NCBI GenBank assembly: GCA_047947115.1
Contig: CP170459.1
Location: 4,064,001-4,128,000 of the forward strand
DNA length: 64,000 bases
Origin: Verrucomicrobiota bacterium
Lineage (GTDB): Bacteria; Verrucomicrobiota; Verrucomicrobiia; Limisphaerales; AAA164-E04
Direction: 5' to 3'
The number at the start of each line of letters is the position of its first letter. Position 1 is the stretch's first letter. Position numbers and translations under genes: made by a program. The notes under the pieces are model-generated. The model ran no database searches and was not told where the DNA came from. It worked only from the letters and a program-made list of their open reading frames with translations. Below are positions 20,906 to 31,199 of this stretch, one piece after another.

Positions 20906-22294
20906 ATGTTTTTTAATTCAGAGACATTTCTATGGTTCCTGCTGGCCTTCACGCTGCTTTATTTCCTGGTGAGAAGGAGCCTGTCCCAACGCAACCTGTT
21001 AATCCTTGTTGCGAGCTATCTGTTTTATGGTTGGTGGGATTGGAGATTTCTCTTTTTGCTGCTCGGTTCCAGTCTGGTGGATTTCTACATTGGACTTCGC
21101 GTCAAGAAGGCCAGTGAATCGAAAGTGCGAAAGCGCCTGGTTGCAATCAGTCTTGCCGTCAATCTGGGGGCCCTCGGAGTATTCAAATACCTCGATTTTT
21201 TCATCGGATCCTTACAGACAACCCTCCAGACCATCGGGGTTCAGGCAAACCTTCCTTTTCTTGAAATTATTCTTCCTGTCGGCATTTCGTTTTATACCTT
21301 TCAAAGTCTGAGCTACACACTGGACGTTTACCGCAACAAGGTGGAGCCTACCCAAGACCTGGTCGCTTTTCTGGCATACGTTTCTTTTTTCCCACAGTTG
21401 GTGGCGGGTCCTATCGAACGCGCCAGCAACTTGTTGCCTCAGTTCCTGTCGGAACGAAAGGTCACAAAAATGGGATTCGAATCCGGCCTCTGGCTGGTCA
21501 TCTGGGGCATGTTCAAAAAAGTTGTCCTGGCCGATAATTTTGGTCTGTTATCGGATATGATTTACGGTCCTCACAGCGTGGATGGCGCCATTGTCGTGCT
21601 GGCAACCATTGCATTCGGAATGCAGATTTACTGTGACTTTTCGGGTTACTCCGATATCGCACGCGGATTGGCATCCATGATGGGGTTTCATCTCATGGTC
21701 AATTTCAACCTGCCCTATTTTGCAAAATCACCAAGCGACTTCTGGCGGCGCTGGCACATCAGCTTATCCACATGGTTCAGGGACTACCTCTACATCCCGC
21801 TGGGTGGCAATCGAGGTGCCTCGGGTAGTGTCATGCGAAACCTGATCATCACCATGTTGGTCGCCGGACTCTGGCATGGAGCCGGATGGAACTTTGTACT
21901 GTGGGGACTTTGGCATGGCATCATGCTGTGCTTGTTTCAGGCAACTTCACTGGATAAAAAAGTACCTGTGTTTATTGGATGGTTACTGACCATGATGGTG
22001 GTATTTTATGGATGGCTTATGTTTCGGGCTCAATCGCTTGACCACATCATGCAATTGACTTCGAACATTTTCGTATGGGAATTTCCTGAGTGGATTGGCA
22101 GTTATGTCCTGAATTTGGTGATCTTCACCCTGCCTCTGCTGGCCATGCAAATCTGGCAATATCGAACTCAAACGATCTATCCCCTTCTCCCTCACCGCGG
22201 CTGGCTCAAGGCTGGACTCATGACTCTTTGCGTGTTTTTCATCTCGGTATTCTGGAACCCGGCCGGCAGCCCGTTTATCTACTTCCAATTCTAA
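20906..22294 (+). CDS. MBOAT O-acyltransferase (AlgI/PatA/DltB-like)
   Basis: M.FNS..F, LPVGISFYTFQ, FFPQLVAGPIER, YCDFSGYSD, FWRRWHISLS, GLWHGA, FIYFQF. Confidence 0.93.
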   Translation: MFFNSETFLWFLLAFTLLYFLVRRSLSQRNLLILVASYLFYGWWDWRFLFLLLGSSLVDFYIGLRVKKASESKVRKRLVAISLAVNLGALGVFKYLDFFIGSLQTTLQTIGVQANLPFLEIILPVGISFYTFQSLSYTLDVYRNKVEPTQDLVAFLAYVSFFPQLVAGPIERASNLLPQFLSERKVTKMGFESGLWLVIWGMFKKVVLADNFGLLSDMIYGPHSVDGAIVVLATIAFGMQIYCDFSGYSDIARGLASMMGFHLMVNFNLPYFAKSPSDFWRRWHISLSTWFRDYLYIPLGGNRGASGSVMRNLIITMLVAGLWHGAGWNFVLWGLWHGIMLCLFQATSLDKKVPVFIGWLLTMMVVFYGWLMFRAQSLDHIMQLTSNIFVWEFPEWIGSYVLNLVIFTLPLLAMQIWQYRTQTIYPLLPHRGWLKAGLMTLCVFFISVFWNPAGSPFIYFQF

Positions 22295-22306
22295 AAGCCA
22301 TTCACC

Positions 22307-23278
22307 ATGAACAGTCACTACTACGAATTCGATACGCAATGGATCATCAAGCTGCTTGGCACCTTGATTGCGTTTATGGTTGGCGGAGCTTTGGTTTTGC
22401 GATTCGCAGCCCCCATCCTTCCATCGTCCCGCAACACATGGGATATGGATCGCACCATCATGGCGCATCAGGCCGACGCATCCGGTCGCGCGAATGATGC
22501 GGATATTCTGTTAATTGGTGATTCCTCCTGCCTCATGAACATCGATGCCTCGATTGCTTCAGAACACCTTGGAAAAAAAGTGCTCAATCTGGGAACTGTC
22601 AGTTTTCTGGACGTTGAAATGTTTGGGAATTTAGTGAAGCGATATTTGGAGAGCTGCTCCAAGTCACCTGACACGATCGTTTTGGTTACCCACCCGGATT
22701 TTCTTCGAAGGTCTTCCGCTTCCAGATCGCATGTTGCCTGGATGGAGCATTATCTGGCTGGAAGAGATGATCTTTCTCGAAGGCGCAATTGGAAATCCAT
22801 TGACCAATGGCTGGGAGCCCACATCCTTCAAGGAAGAATCCTGAAATATCTGCCGCGTCCGTTATCTGTGGAGTTTGGGCAACAGTTCGGCTTCACTCAT
22901 GACTTGGAAACCTACATGCATCAGCATGGAGGATCCGCCCTTGATCCTAGAACGTTGGATGCGGAAAAGTTAACGGGGAGCCGGGAATACCGCATATCCT
23001 CACCAAATAAAAAAGCAGCCTCCTTGTTTGCTCTGACAATCCCTGATAATACCAGGCTATTCATCGCACTCACACCACTTCCCGAAAGTTTCGTGAACGC
23101 TCAATTTTCCGACGATTTGGAAGCAATCAGAAAAGAATGGGCGACAACTTTGAGTGCCGACCGGGAACTTGCGGCCCTGCCCTTTTCCATGCCCGACGAA
23201 CTGTTTGCATCCAAGACACATCTGGCTCCTGCCGCCGTGGAAGATTATACCATCAATTTTGCGGAATCATTGAAGTGA
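22307..23278 (+). CDS. SGNH-like periplasmic partner of the MBOAT acyltransferase (AlgJ/DltD-like)
   Basis: N-terminal TM helix, LLIGDSS block I, NLG, C-terminal HL; directly follows the MBOAT gene. Confidence 0.65.
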   Translation: MNSHYYEFDTQWIIKLLGTLIAFMVGGALVLRFAAPILPSSRNTWDMDRTIMAHQADASGRANDADILLIGDSSCLMNIDASIASEHLGKKVLNLGTVSFLDVEMFGNLVKRYLESCSKSPDTIVLVTHPDFLRRSSASRSHVAWMEHYLAGRDDLSRRRNWKSIDQWLGAHILQGRILKYLPRPLSVEFGQQFGFTHDLETYMHQHGGSALDPRTLDAEKLTGSREYRISSPNKKAASLFALTIPDNTRLFIALTPLPESFVNAQFSDDLEAIRKEWATTLSADRELAALPFSMPDELFASKTHLAPAAVEDYTINFAESLK

Positions 23279-23328
23279 TGCCATTCAGATTCGCTTACTC
23301 GCGAGAATACCTTGCCATACCTAAACTA

Positions 23329-24477
23329 GTGTAGTCCGCCTTACAGATAGCATATTAAAAGAAATGTGTTAAAGTCGTTACATGCGAGTTGCTCCGCCCA
23401 TTGAATTGACAGCTAAAGAACGTAAAAAATTGGAAACCATTCGCCGTGGGCGAAGCAGTTCAGTGCGGGCACGTGAACGAGCCGCGATCATTCTGTTGGC
23501 CGCCGATGGATTGGAGAACAAAGAAATCGCCGATCAGCTCGGGCAGGATAAAATGAAAGTGGGACGTTGGAGAAAGCGATACTCCCAAGGCGGTCTTGAA
23601 GCTATTCTCAAAGACAAATCACGGCCTGGTCGAATCAAGCCTCTTTCAAAAGCAAAAGTAGCACTCATTATTAAGCTAACACTCAACGAAAAGCCTGAAA
23701 GCGCTACCCAATGGAGCCGAAGCTTGATGGCTCAAAAGGTAGGAGTAAGTCCCTCCAGTGTAGGTCGAATCTGGGCAGCCAACGGACTCAAACCGCATCG
23801 GATCAAATCATTCAAACTTTCAAACGACAAACAATTTCAAGAAAAGCTCGAAGACATTGTCGGCCTCTATCTAAGTCCTCCTGAGCATGCGTTGGTTTTT
23901 TCGTGCGACGAGAAGAGTCAAATCCAAGCGCTTGACAGGACTCAACCTGGTTTACCAATGAAGAAGGGACGACTGCGGACAATGACGCATGATTACAAAC
24001 GCAACGGAACGACATCACTTTTCGCGGCTATGAACACAGCCGACGGGAATATTATCGGAACCTGCATGAACAAGCATCGGCATCAGGAATGGATTCGGTT
24101 TCTTAATTTGATTGAAAAATCAACACCCAAAGGAAAAGAGATCCACTTGATCTGTGACAATTACGCAACCCATAAGCACGCCAAAGTCAAAGCGTGGCAG
24201 AAGCGACATCGTCGATTCCATTTCCACTTTACGCCCACCAGTGCTTCATGGTTGAACATGGTGGAACGTTTTTTCCGAGACCTGACGGTCAACACAATCA
24301 GAGGTGGGGTGTTCCATAGTGTTGGAGATTTAACCCGAGCTATCGAAGAGCATATTACCCATCACAACCAGAATCCAAAACCATTTGTCTGGACGGCTAA
24401 CGCGACGGACATTCTTGAGAAAGTTAAGCGTGGCCGAGAGAAACTTGTTAATATGCAGTCTGCTTGACGGACTACAC
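23329..24477 (+). mobile_element. IS630-family insertion sequence (1149 bp)
   Basis: Imperfect 29-bp terminal inverted repeats (GTGTAGTCCG...GCATATTA) and TA duplication at 23327-28 and 24478-79 in a CTAG target. Confidence 0.93.
23382..24467 (+). CDS. IS630-family transposase
   Basis: HTH region (V.RW..RY..GG, RPGR), DEKSQIQAL, HDYKRNGT, DNYATHK, HFTPTSASWLN.VERFF. Confidence 0.96.
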   Translation: MRVAPPIELTAKERKKLETIRRGRSSSVRARERAAIILLAADGLENKEIADQLGQDKMKVGRWRKRYSQGGLEAILKDKSRPGRIKPLSKAKVALIIKLTLNEKPESATQWSRSLMAQKVGVSPSSVGRIWAANGLKPHRIKSFKLSNDKQFQEKLEDIVGLYLSPPEHALVFSCDEKSQIQALDRTQPGLPMKKGRLRTMTHDYKRNGTTSLFAAMNTADGNIIGTCMNKHRHQEWIRFLNLIEKSTPKGKEIHLICDNYATHKHAKVKAWQKRHRRFHFHFTPTSASWLNMVERFFRDLTVNTIRGGVFHSVGDLTRAIEEHITHHNQNPKPFVWTANATDILEKVKRGREKLVNMQSA

Positions 24478-24567
24478 TAGCGTATTAGGTTCCTCCTGAG
24501 CCTGACTCATGCTTCTCGGCATGCGGTCCAACTTAAAAATCTACAAAGGAGGGTTTTATGTTTTTGT

Positions 24568-24903
24568 ATGGGATTAAAAAACTTCAAATATCACTATTGT
24601 GAAATGCGCGGGGTGAAACCTGATTCGTTTTCCAAATCCATCATTCTCGAAACGTGTTATCCACAGGCACGATCCTACTACAGCATCCTCTTGAAAATGG
24701 GTGACGCACGCACCGAGGCAGAAACTGTTTTAATACACGATCTGGCCGAAGCCGAATCAGTGCAGAAGATGGAGGCCATGATCAACGGGGTGTATTTCGC
24801 CTCATACTTGAAATCCCTCGGGACTTTTCGCAAAAAACTGAAACTGCGGCTTTCCGGCAGCAAAATTGTTTTGGTCGGACGTGAAGCATTTGCCTCACAA
24901 TGA
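24568..24903 (+). CDS. Small hypothetical protein
   Basis: 111-aa ORF with ATG and an AGGAGG-like sequence upstream; fills the gap after the IS. Confidence 0.6.
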   Translation: MGLKNFKYHYCEMRGVKPDSFSKSIILETCYPQARSYYSILLKMGDARTEAETVLIHDLAEAESVQKMEAMINGVYFASYLKSLGTFRKKLKLRLSGSKIVLVGREAFASQ

Positions 24904-25100
24904 GCAGGCTCAGGCGAGCGTGCTTTTAACTCAACGGGTTTTAGCATGGTCTGGCATACGACCTGACAGATAACCATTTTTCGGATGCAGCCCTCGCAGG
25001 AACGTGCTTGATCTAAGCCTTTTTTGCAGTCATCATCATTCAAACACCCATCATGGAGCCAAACTGATTTCGAACTTCATGACACGTGGTGCTCTTGATC

Positions 25101-28100
25101 ATGAAAAACACGCATGCCCTTCATTACAACAGGTCGGCTTTTCAGCGACTCTCCGCTGTTTGCCTGAATACCCTGGTTTGCCTTTTTTCCTATGCTTGGA
25201 TCAACGCTGCCAGCAGTGAATCGATCTCCTTTGCCCGCCAAATCAGACCCATCCTTTCCGACGCTTGCTTTCAATGCCATGGCCCCGACGCGAACAAACG
25301 GAAAGCAGGTCTGCGTTTGGACCAGGAAACGTCCGCCAAAAAGCAAATTGACGGAGTCTGGATCATCAAAGAAGGCGCCCCCCATGACAGTGATTTCATC
25401 GATCGTATCTTTACCTCGGATCCGGATGAAATCATGCCTCCGCCAAAGTCGGGGAAAACATTAAAAGAGGAAGAGAAGGCAATGCTGAAAACCTGGATTG
25501 AGCAAGGAGCTCCCTGGGAAATGCATTGGTCTTTCGAACCCCTCCATCGTCCGATTGTGCCGATCGTGAAGGATTCCGAGTGGCCGGTCAATCCGATTGA
25601 CTTTTTCATTTTATCGAAACTGGAGAAGGAAGGCATCCGCCCATCCCTTCCAGCTAATCTAAATACACTTGCTCGCAGACTTCATTTGGATCTGACCGGA
25701 CTACCACCTACGGTCGAAGTTACGAGACGATTTGTGGACTCTGAAGATCCGCTGGACTACGAGCGAATGGTGGACTCCCTGCTTGCGGACAAAGCCTATG
25801 GAGAAAAACTGAGTACCCATTGGCTGGACCTGGTTCGATATGCAGACACGGTTGGATATCATGGCGACCAACCCTATACCGTGTGGCCATATCGTGATTA
25901 TGTGATCGACGCCTTCAATTCCAACATGCCATTTGACCGCTTTACCCGGGAACAAATTGCTGGCGACCTTTTACCGAATGCCACACGCACCCAGAAGGTG
26001 GCTTCAGGGTTCAATCGATTGCACATGATCACCGCGGAGGGAGGCGCTCAAGACAAGGAATATCTTGCAAAATATGCGGCCGACCGAGTGCGGACCACCG
26101 CCGGTGTTTGGTTGGGGGCGACCATGGGGTGCGCCGAATGCCACGATCACAAGTATGATCCTTATACGATGAAAGACTTTTACAGCCTTGCCGCCTTCTT
26201 CGGAGATTTGAAGGAAAAAGGTTTTTATGGAGGATCTGTCTGGGAACCCGAGATGCCCCTCCCTTCCAATTCCCAGGAACAGGAGCAGGACCAGCTTCTG
26301 ACGAGAGTTGACACTCTTCAGAAACAATTGGCAACTCCCACCAAGGAACTGACACAAGCACAATCGGCATGGGAAACATTGGTACAAGATTTGGCATCAC
26401 AAGGTCGCCTTACCTGGATTCCGATTCAGCCCGAACAGATTGCCAGTGAGAATGGAACTGAATGGATTCAGCAGGCCGATCTTTCCATCCTCACACGCGG
26501 TCCGAATCCTGAACAGGAAACCTTCACCTTACAATGGGAACCGGGCCAGGAAGAAGCCATCACCGGACTGCGGTTGGAAGCTCTCACCCATCCATCCATG
26601 GACAAGATGTCTCTTTCCAGAGGCGGCGGCAACTTTGTGCTGAGCGAAACGATCCTGACAGTTGTTCGAGGTGATAATGAAATCCCGATCAAGATCGAAC
26701 ATGCGGAAGCCGACTTCGCTCAGAATAATTTCGACGCTCGCCGCGTTCTCGATGGGAATGAAGAAACAGGATGGGCTGTCGACGGCGCCAACAAGAAGGA
26801 AAACCGGCAACTCCTCCTCACATTACAGGATGCATTCCACCCGCAAACATCCGACACCTTGAAGCTGAGATTGAAATTCACCTCAAAGCACAAACATCAT
26901 GTGATGGGAAGATTTCGTCTGACTTCAACATCGGTTCCCGATCCCGTTTTGAGTGAAACAGGTTTGTCGGATGAGATCTATGGCATTGTCACCAAACCAT
27001 CCACGGATCGAACGGAAGATGAAACAGCTCAACTGACCAAACATTTCATGGATCGCACTCCTTTGCTGGATGAAGCACGCACTCAACTGGCATCCGTAAA
27101 AAGGCGATTGGACACGCTCAAAAACGAGATTCCTACCATGCTGGTTTCCATGTCGGTCAAACCTCGGGTCATGCGCATCCTTCCTCGAGGGAACTGGATG
27201 GATGATTCCGGCGACATCGTGCAGCCTGCGATTCCGGATTTTCTGGATTCGGAAGGGTTGAACAAAGAGGAAAGCCCACTGTCCCGGATGGATCTGGCCA
27301 ATTGGCTTGTCTCGGATAAAAACCCTCTCACCGCACGCCACTTCGTGAATCATTTGTGGAAAATCTATTTTGGCTATGGCCTTGCAAGGGTTATGGAAGA
27401 TACTGGATCGCAGGGAACACCCCCTACTCACCCGGAATTGATCGACTGGCTGGCATCGGAATTTATCCGTAGTGGCTGGGACGTCAAACACATCGTTCGC
27501 CTGATGGTCACGTCCCAAACCTATCGTCAAACCTCAACACCCAGCGACTGGCTGATGGAGCGCGATCCCTACAACCGACTTTATGCACGACAGTCGAGAT
27601 TTCGTCTGGATGCAGAAATCATACGGGACCAGGCGTTGGAGGTGTGCGGTCTGTTGATGGATCAGGTTGGTGGACCCAGCGTCAAACCGTACCAACCGGC
27701 AGGTTATTATTCCCAGCTCAATTTCCCCAAGCGAACATATCAACATGACACGGGTTCCTCCCAATACAGAAGAGGGCTCTACACCCACTGGCAACGCACA
27801 TTTCTGCATCCCATGCTGAAAGCTTTCGATGCACCAACCCGTGAGGAGTGCACCGCTCAACGCCCTCGATCCAATACTCCCCTACAGTCACTGAACCTGC
27901 TGAATGATCCATCATTTGTGGAGGCTGCCCGCACCTATGCCGCTGAAATTTTAACCTCCGGCAGAGGTTCGGATCGTGAACGTATTCGAAGCGCATTCGA
28001 AAAAGTCACCTTAAGGCCTCCCAGTCACAAAGAACTTCAAATACTTGAAGACCTGCTAAATGACATGAGGGACGGATACCGGACAAATCCGGAACGGGGC

Positions 28101-28223
28101 AGAGAACTTGTCAAGGTCGGCCTGAATTCGGCGGGAGCGCAATGCCCTCCAGATGAGTTGGGGGCATGGACTTCGGTGACCCGTGCACTGTTCAATCTTC
28201 ATGAAACCATCACACGCTACTGA
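25101..28223 (+). CDS. Planctomycete cytochrome c / DUF1549 (PSCyt2) / DUF1553 (PSD1) protein
   Basis: CFQCHG, MPP, W.F..., NPID.FI, WLDLVRYADT, CAECHDHKYDP, PTHPELIDWLA, TPLQSL.LLN. Confidence 0.93.
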   Translation: MKNTHALHYNRSAFQRLSAVCLNTLVCLFSYAWINAASSESISFARQIRPILSDACFQCHGPDANKRKAGLRLDQETSAKKQIDGVWIIKEGAPHDSDFIDRIFTSDPDEIMPPPKSGKTLKEEEKAMLKTWIEQGAPWEMHWSFEPLHRPIVPIVKDSEWPVNPIDFFILSKLEKEGIRPSLPANLNTLARRLHLDLTGLPPTVEVTRRFVDSEDPLDYERMVDSLLADKAYGEKLSTHWLDLVRYADTVGYHGDQPYTVWPYRDYVIDAFNSNMPFDRFTREQIAGDLLPNATRTQKVASGFNRLHMITAEGGAQDKEYLAKYAADRVRTTAGVWLGATMGCAECHDHKYDPYTMKDFYSLAAFFGDLKEKGFYGGSVWEPEMPLPSNSQEQEQDQLLTRVDTLQKQLATPTKELTQAQSAWETLVQDLASQGRLTWIPIQPEQIASENGTEWIQQADLSILTRGPNPEQETFTLQWEPGQEEAITGLRLEALTHPSMDKMSLSRGGGNFVLSETILTVVRGDNEIPIKIEHAEADFAQNNFDARRVLDGNEETGWAVDGANKKENRQLLLTLQDAFHPQTSDTLKLRLKFTSKHKHHVMGRFRLTSTSVPDPVLSETGLSDEIYGIVTKPSTDRTEDETAQLTKHFMDRTPLLDEARTQLASVKRRLDTLKNEIPTMLVSMSVKPRVMRILPRGNWMDDSGDIVQPAIPDFLDSEGLNKEESPLSRMDLANWLVSDKNPLTARHFVNHLWKIYFGYGLARVMEDTGSQGTPPTHPELIDWLASEFIRSGWDVKHIVRLMVTSQTYRQTSTPSDWLMERDPYNRLYARQSRFRLDAEIIRDQALEVCGLLMDQVGGPSVKPYQPAGYYSQLNFPKRTYQHDTGSSQYRRGLYTHWQRTFLHPMLKAFDAPTREECTAQRPRSNTPLQSLNLLNDPSFVEAARTYAAEILTSGRGSDRERIRSAFEKVTLRPPSHKELQILEDLLNDMRDGYRTNPERGRELVKVGLNSAGAQCPPDELGAWTSVTRALFNLHETITRY

Positions 28224-28253
28224 TTCCTCAATCGTCAATCACTCATCAGCCTT

Positions 28254-29683
28254 ATGAACGCATTTAATGCAGCCCTTCAACGCCGCAGTTTCCTGAATCG
28301 CTCCACCGTCGGCATTGGCTCTCTCGCCCTGAGCCAGTACCTCAAGCCGTGGCAAACCGCTGCACAAACCACCGAAATTGGAGCAAGACCATGGCCGGGC
28401 GTCATTGACCCGATGCACTTGCAACAGAAGGCTAAAAGGGTGATTTACTTGTGCATGGCCGGCGGGCCAAGTCATCTGGAGACGCTCGATTACAAACCAA
28501 AGCTTGCTGAGATGGACGGCAAGCCCATGCCGGAATCGATCACCAAAGGCCAGCCCATCGCACAGCTGCAAGGCCAAAAACTCAATTGTCTAGCCCCCCA
28601 GCATCCGTTTGAAACCTATGGGCAATCCAAACAGCAGATTTGTTCTCTTTTTCCAAAGATCGGTGGCGTCGCAGATGATTTGTGTATCATCCGCTCCTTT
28701 CATACGGAACAAATCAACCATGATCCGGCCCACACTTTCATCAATACCGGTTCATCAGTATCAGGACGTCCCAGCATGGGCTCCTGGTTGCTGTATGGTT
28801 TGGGTAGTGAGACCGAAAACCTGCCCGGATTTGTGGTGCTGACATCGGTAGGCAAAGGTGGGCAGGCGCAACCGATTTCGTCCAGACAGTGGCACAGCGG
28901 GTTCCTGCCCAGTAATTTTCAAGGGGTGCAGTTTAATGCCAACGGAGATCCTGTTCACTATGTGTCATCTCCTCCGGGTGTTCATAACAACGAACAACGC
29001 CGGCTTGTTGACGCCATCAACGCCCTGAATCGCGAAAAAGACATCCTTGTGTCGGACCCGGAAATCGCCACGCGTATCAGCCAATATGAAATGGCGTTCC
29101 GGATGCAGACCAGCGTGCCTGAATTGATGGAATTAAAAGATGAACCAAAGCACATTCTGGACATGTACGGAGCCGAGGCCGGGGATGGTTCTTTTGCTTC
29201 CAACTGCCTTCTTGCCCGGCGACTGGCCGAGCGCGGGGTTCGTTTTATACACCTCTATCATCGTGGCTGGGATCATCATGGTAACGTAAAAGGGAATATG
29301 GTCACGACGGCCAATGAAGTCGACCAGCCCACAGCTGCTTTGATCACCGATCTTAAACAAAGGGGCATGCTTGATGATACCTTGGTCATTTGGGGGGAGA
29401 ATTTGGACGCACCCCCATGGCGCAAGGAAGCGGGCGCGACCATCATATACGGGGATTTTCCCTCTTTATGGCTGGCGGAGGTATTCAAGGCGGGATGTCT
29501 TACGGCAACACCGATGATCTGGGTTACAAGGCCGTGGATCGGCCTTTTCATGTTCATGATCTCCATGCCACAATGCTTCACCTTTTCGGTATCGACCACT
29601 TGCGACTCACCTACCGTTTCCAGGGGCGCGATTATCGTCTGACAGACATTGCCGGGAATGTGGTGCAGGATATTCTGGCATAA
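28254..29683 (+). CDS. DUF1501 (sulfatase-like, Tat-exported) protein, frameshifted
   Basis: RRSFL Tat motif, AKRVIYL.M.GGPSH, GWDHH. The WGGEFGRTP motif is broken by a -1 frameshift in the G6 run at 29392-29397 and continues in ORF 29390-29683. Confidence 0.88.
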
Positions 29684-29720
29684 ATTTTACAGGCGACCTT
29701 GCTCCATTTGAATTATCATC

Positions 29721-30926
29721 ATGCGCACCTACTGGGATTTCCATTCAGCTGGAAAACTGTTGTTCGGCAGCGGAGTTTTGAAGCAACTTCCCGTTGAGTT
29801 AAAACGCAACGGTTACACCCGCCCCCTGATCATCACCGATCGCAATATTGTTCAAGCAGGCCTTCTTGAAAGGCTCAAACTAGCTCTGGGTGACTCGGTG
29901 GAACACTTGCGGGTATTTGATGGAGGAGAAGCTGAGCCTTCCTTGAAGGCCGCGCAGCTCGCACGTGAAGCGGCAAATGAAACCGCTCCGGATGTCATCA
30001 TCGGACTGGGTGGCGGCAGTAATCTTGATCTGGCGAAAATCACAGCACTGTTACATTGCCACGGGGGGCAACCTGCCGATTATTTCGGGTTTGACCAAGT
30101 TCCTGGCTCTGTTACTCCGCTGATATGCATTCCCACCACAGCGGGCACAGGCAGCGAGGTATCCCACGCAGCAGTATTAACCGATACTGAGTCAGGTTTG
30201 AAAGTCAGCACATTGAGTGCGCACCTTCGTCCGAGTCTGGCGTTGGTGGATCCCGCACTCACGGAAACATGCCCCGCAAGAGTCACGGCTGAAAGCGGCA
30301 TGGACGCACTGACTCATGCCATAGAGGCCTATACCTGCCGGCTCCCGCTGGAAATGAAAGAGGACGACGATGTGATGATGCCCTATCCCGGCAAAAACCC
30401 GGTTTCTGATGCCTTTGCTGAAAAGGCCATTCGACTGGTAGCCCGGCATCTGGTCAGGGCCGTAAAGCATCCATCCGATACCATAGCCCGTGAAGGCATG
30501 GCATTGGCCGCCACTCTGGCTGGGTTGGCTTTTTCGAACGGAGCGGTTGCCGTGGTGCATGCCCTGGAATATCCCATGGGTGTTGCACTCCATTGCTCGC
30601 ACGGACAGGGAAACGGACTGTTACTGCCTTATGTGATGCGATTCAACAAGCCGGCCAGATTGGAGGAATTTGCTTCCATTGCTGATTTTTTAGGTTGCGA
30701 CATTGAAGGCGTGTCCCGGGAGGAAGCCGCGGAATTAGGGATTCGGGCAGTCGAAAAACTGAAAGAAACCGTCGGTATACCCCGAGGCATTCGTGATATT
30801 GGCGGAAAGGACACGCAGCTTGAAGGATTCGCCGATAAATCGCACCAGATTTCCAGACTGATGAATATCAATCCCATCCAGCCTTCCAAAGACGATTTAT
30901 TGTCCATACTCAAGGCAGCCTTCTGA
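29721..30926 (+). CDS. Iron-containing alcohol dehydrogenase (HOT-like)
   Basis: GLGGGSNLD.AK, PTTAGTGSE, DALTHAIEAY, H..H metal ligands. Confidence 0.92.
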   Translation: MRTYWDFHSAGKLLFGSGVLKQLPVELKRNGYTRPLIITDRNIVQAGLLERLKLALGDSVEHLRVFDGGEAEPSLKAAQLAREAANETAPDVIIGLGGGSNLDLAKITALLHCHGGQPADYFGFDQVPGSVTPLICIPTTAGTGSEVSHAAVLTDTESGLKVSTLSAHLRPSLALVDPALTETCPARVTAESGMDALTHAIEAYTCRLPLEMKEDDDVMMPYPGKNPVSDAFAEKAIRLVARHLVRAVKHPSDTIAREGMALAATLAGLAFSNGAVAVVHALEYPMGVALHCSHGQGNGLLLPYVMRFNKPARLEEFASIADFLGCDIEGVSREEAAELGIRAVEKLKETVGIPRGIRDIGGKDTQLEGFADKSHQISRLMNINPIQPSKDDLLSILKAAF

Positions 30927-30978
30927 CATTTCAATTTTTTTAAAGATAACGACACTAAGATTTGTATCGAAATGGTTC

Positions 30979-30994
30979 TGGCACCGATTTTGCT
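30979..30994 (+). promoter_or_regulatory. Sigma54 (-24/-12) promoter
   Basis: TGGCAC-CGATT-TTGCT, exact GG-N10-GC spacing, intergenic and oriented toward the VTC gene. Confidence 0.78.
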
Positions 30995-31007
30995 TAGTCA
31001 GTCATAG

Positions 31008-31114
31008 CATTCAAATGAGAAACCTATCCGGAAATATCCGGTGAACGTTGCAGGAGATGGTGTAGCCACAAACGTTCCCGTGTGATACACGGCATGGTTT
31101 TTCTGATTGAAATG
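31008..31114 (+). ncRNA. Candidate structured leader RNA/sRNA (four-way junction)
   Basis: Closing stem GAGAAACC/GGTTTTTC encloses three adjacent hairpins: CCGGA/TCCGG, GAACGTT/AACGTTC and CCGTGT/ACACGG. Confidence 0.45.
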
Positions 31115-31199
31115 TGTTACAGTTGAGTGACAATGATCAACGAAGCGGGTTCAACAATCAAACCGCTCGGGATGAGGCAATTTATATACTGGCGACAAT

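Noticed and set aside
31008..31114. Cloverleaf as a tRNA gene
   Set aside because: No GTTCRA T-loop, no 7-nt anticodon loop and no CCA; retained only as an unknown structured RNA.
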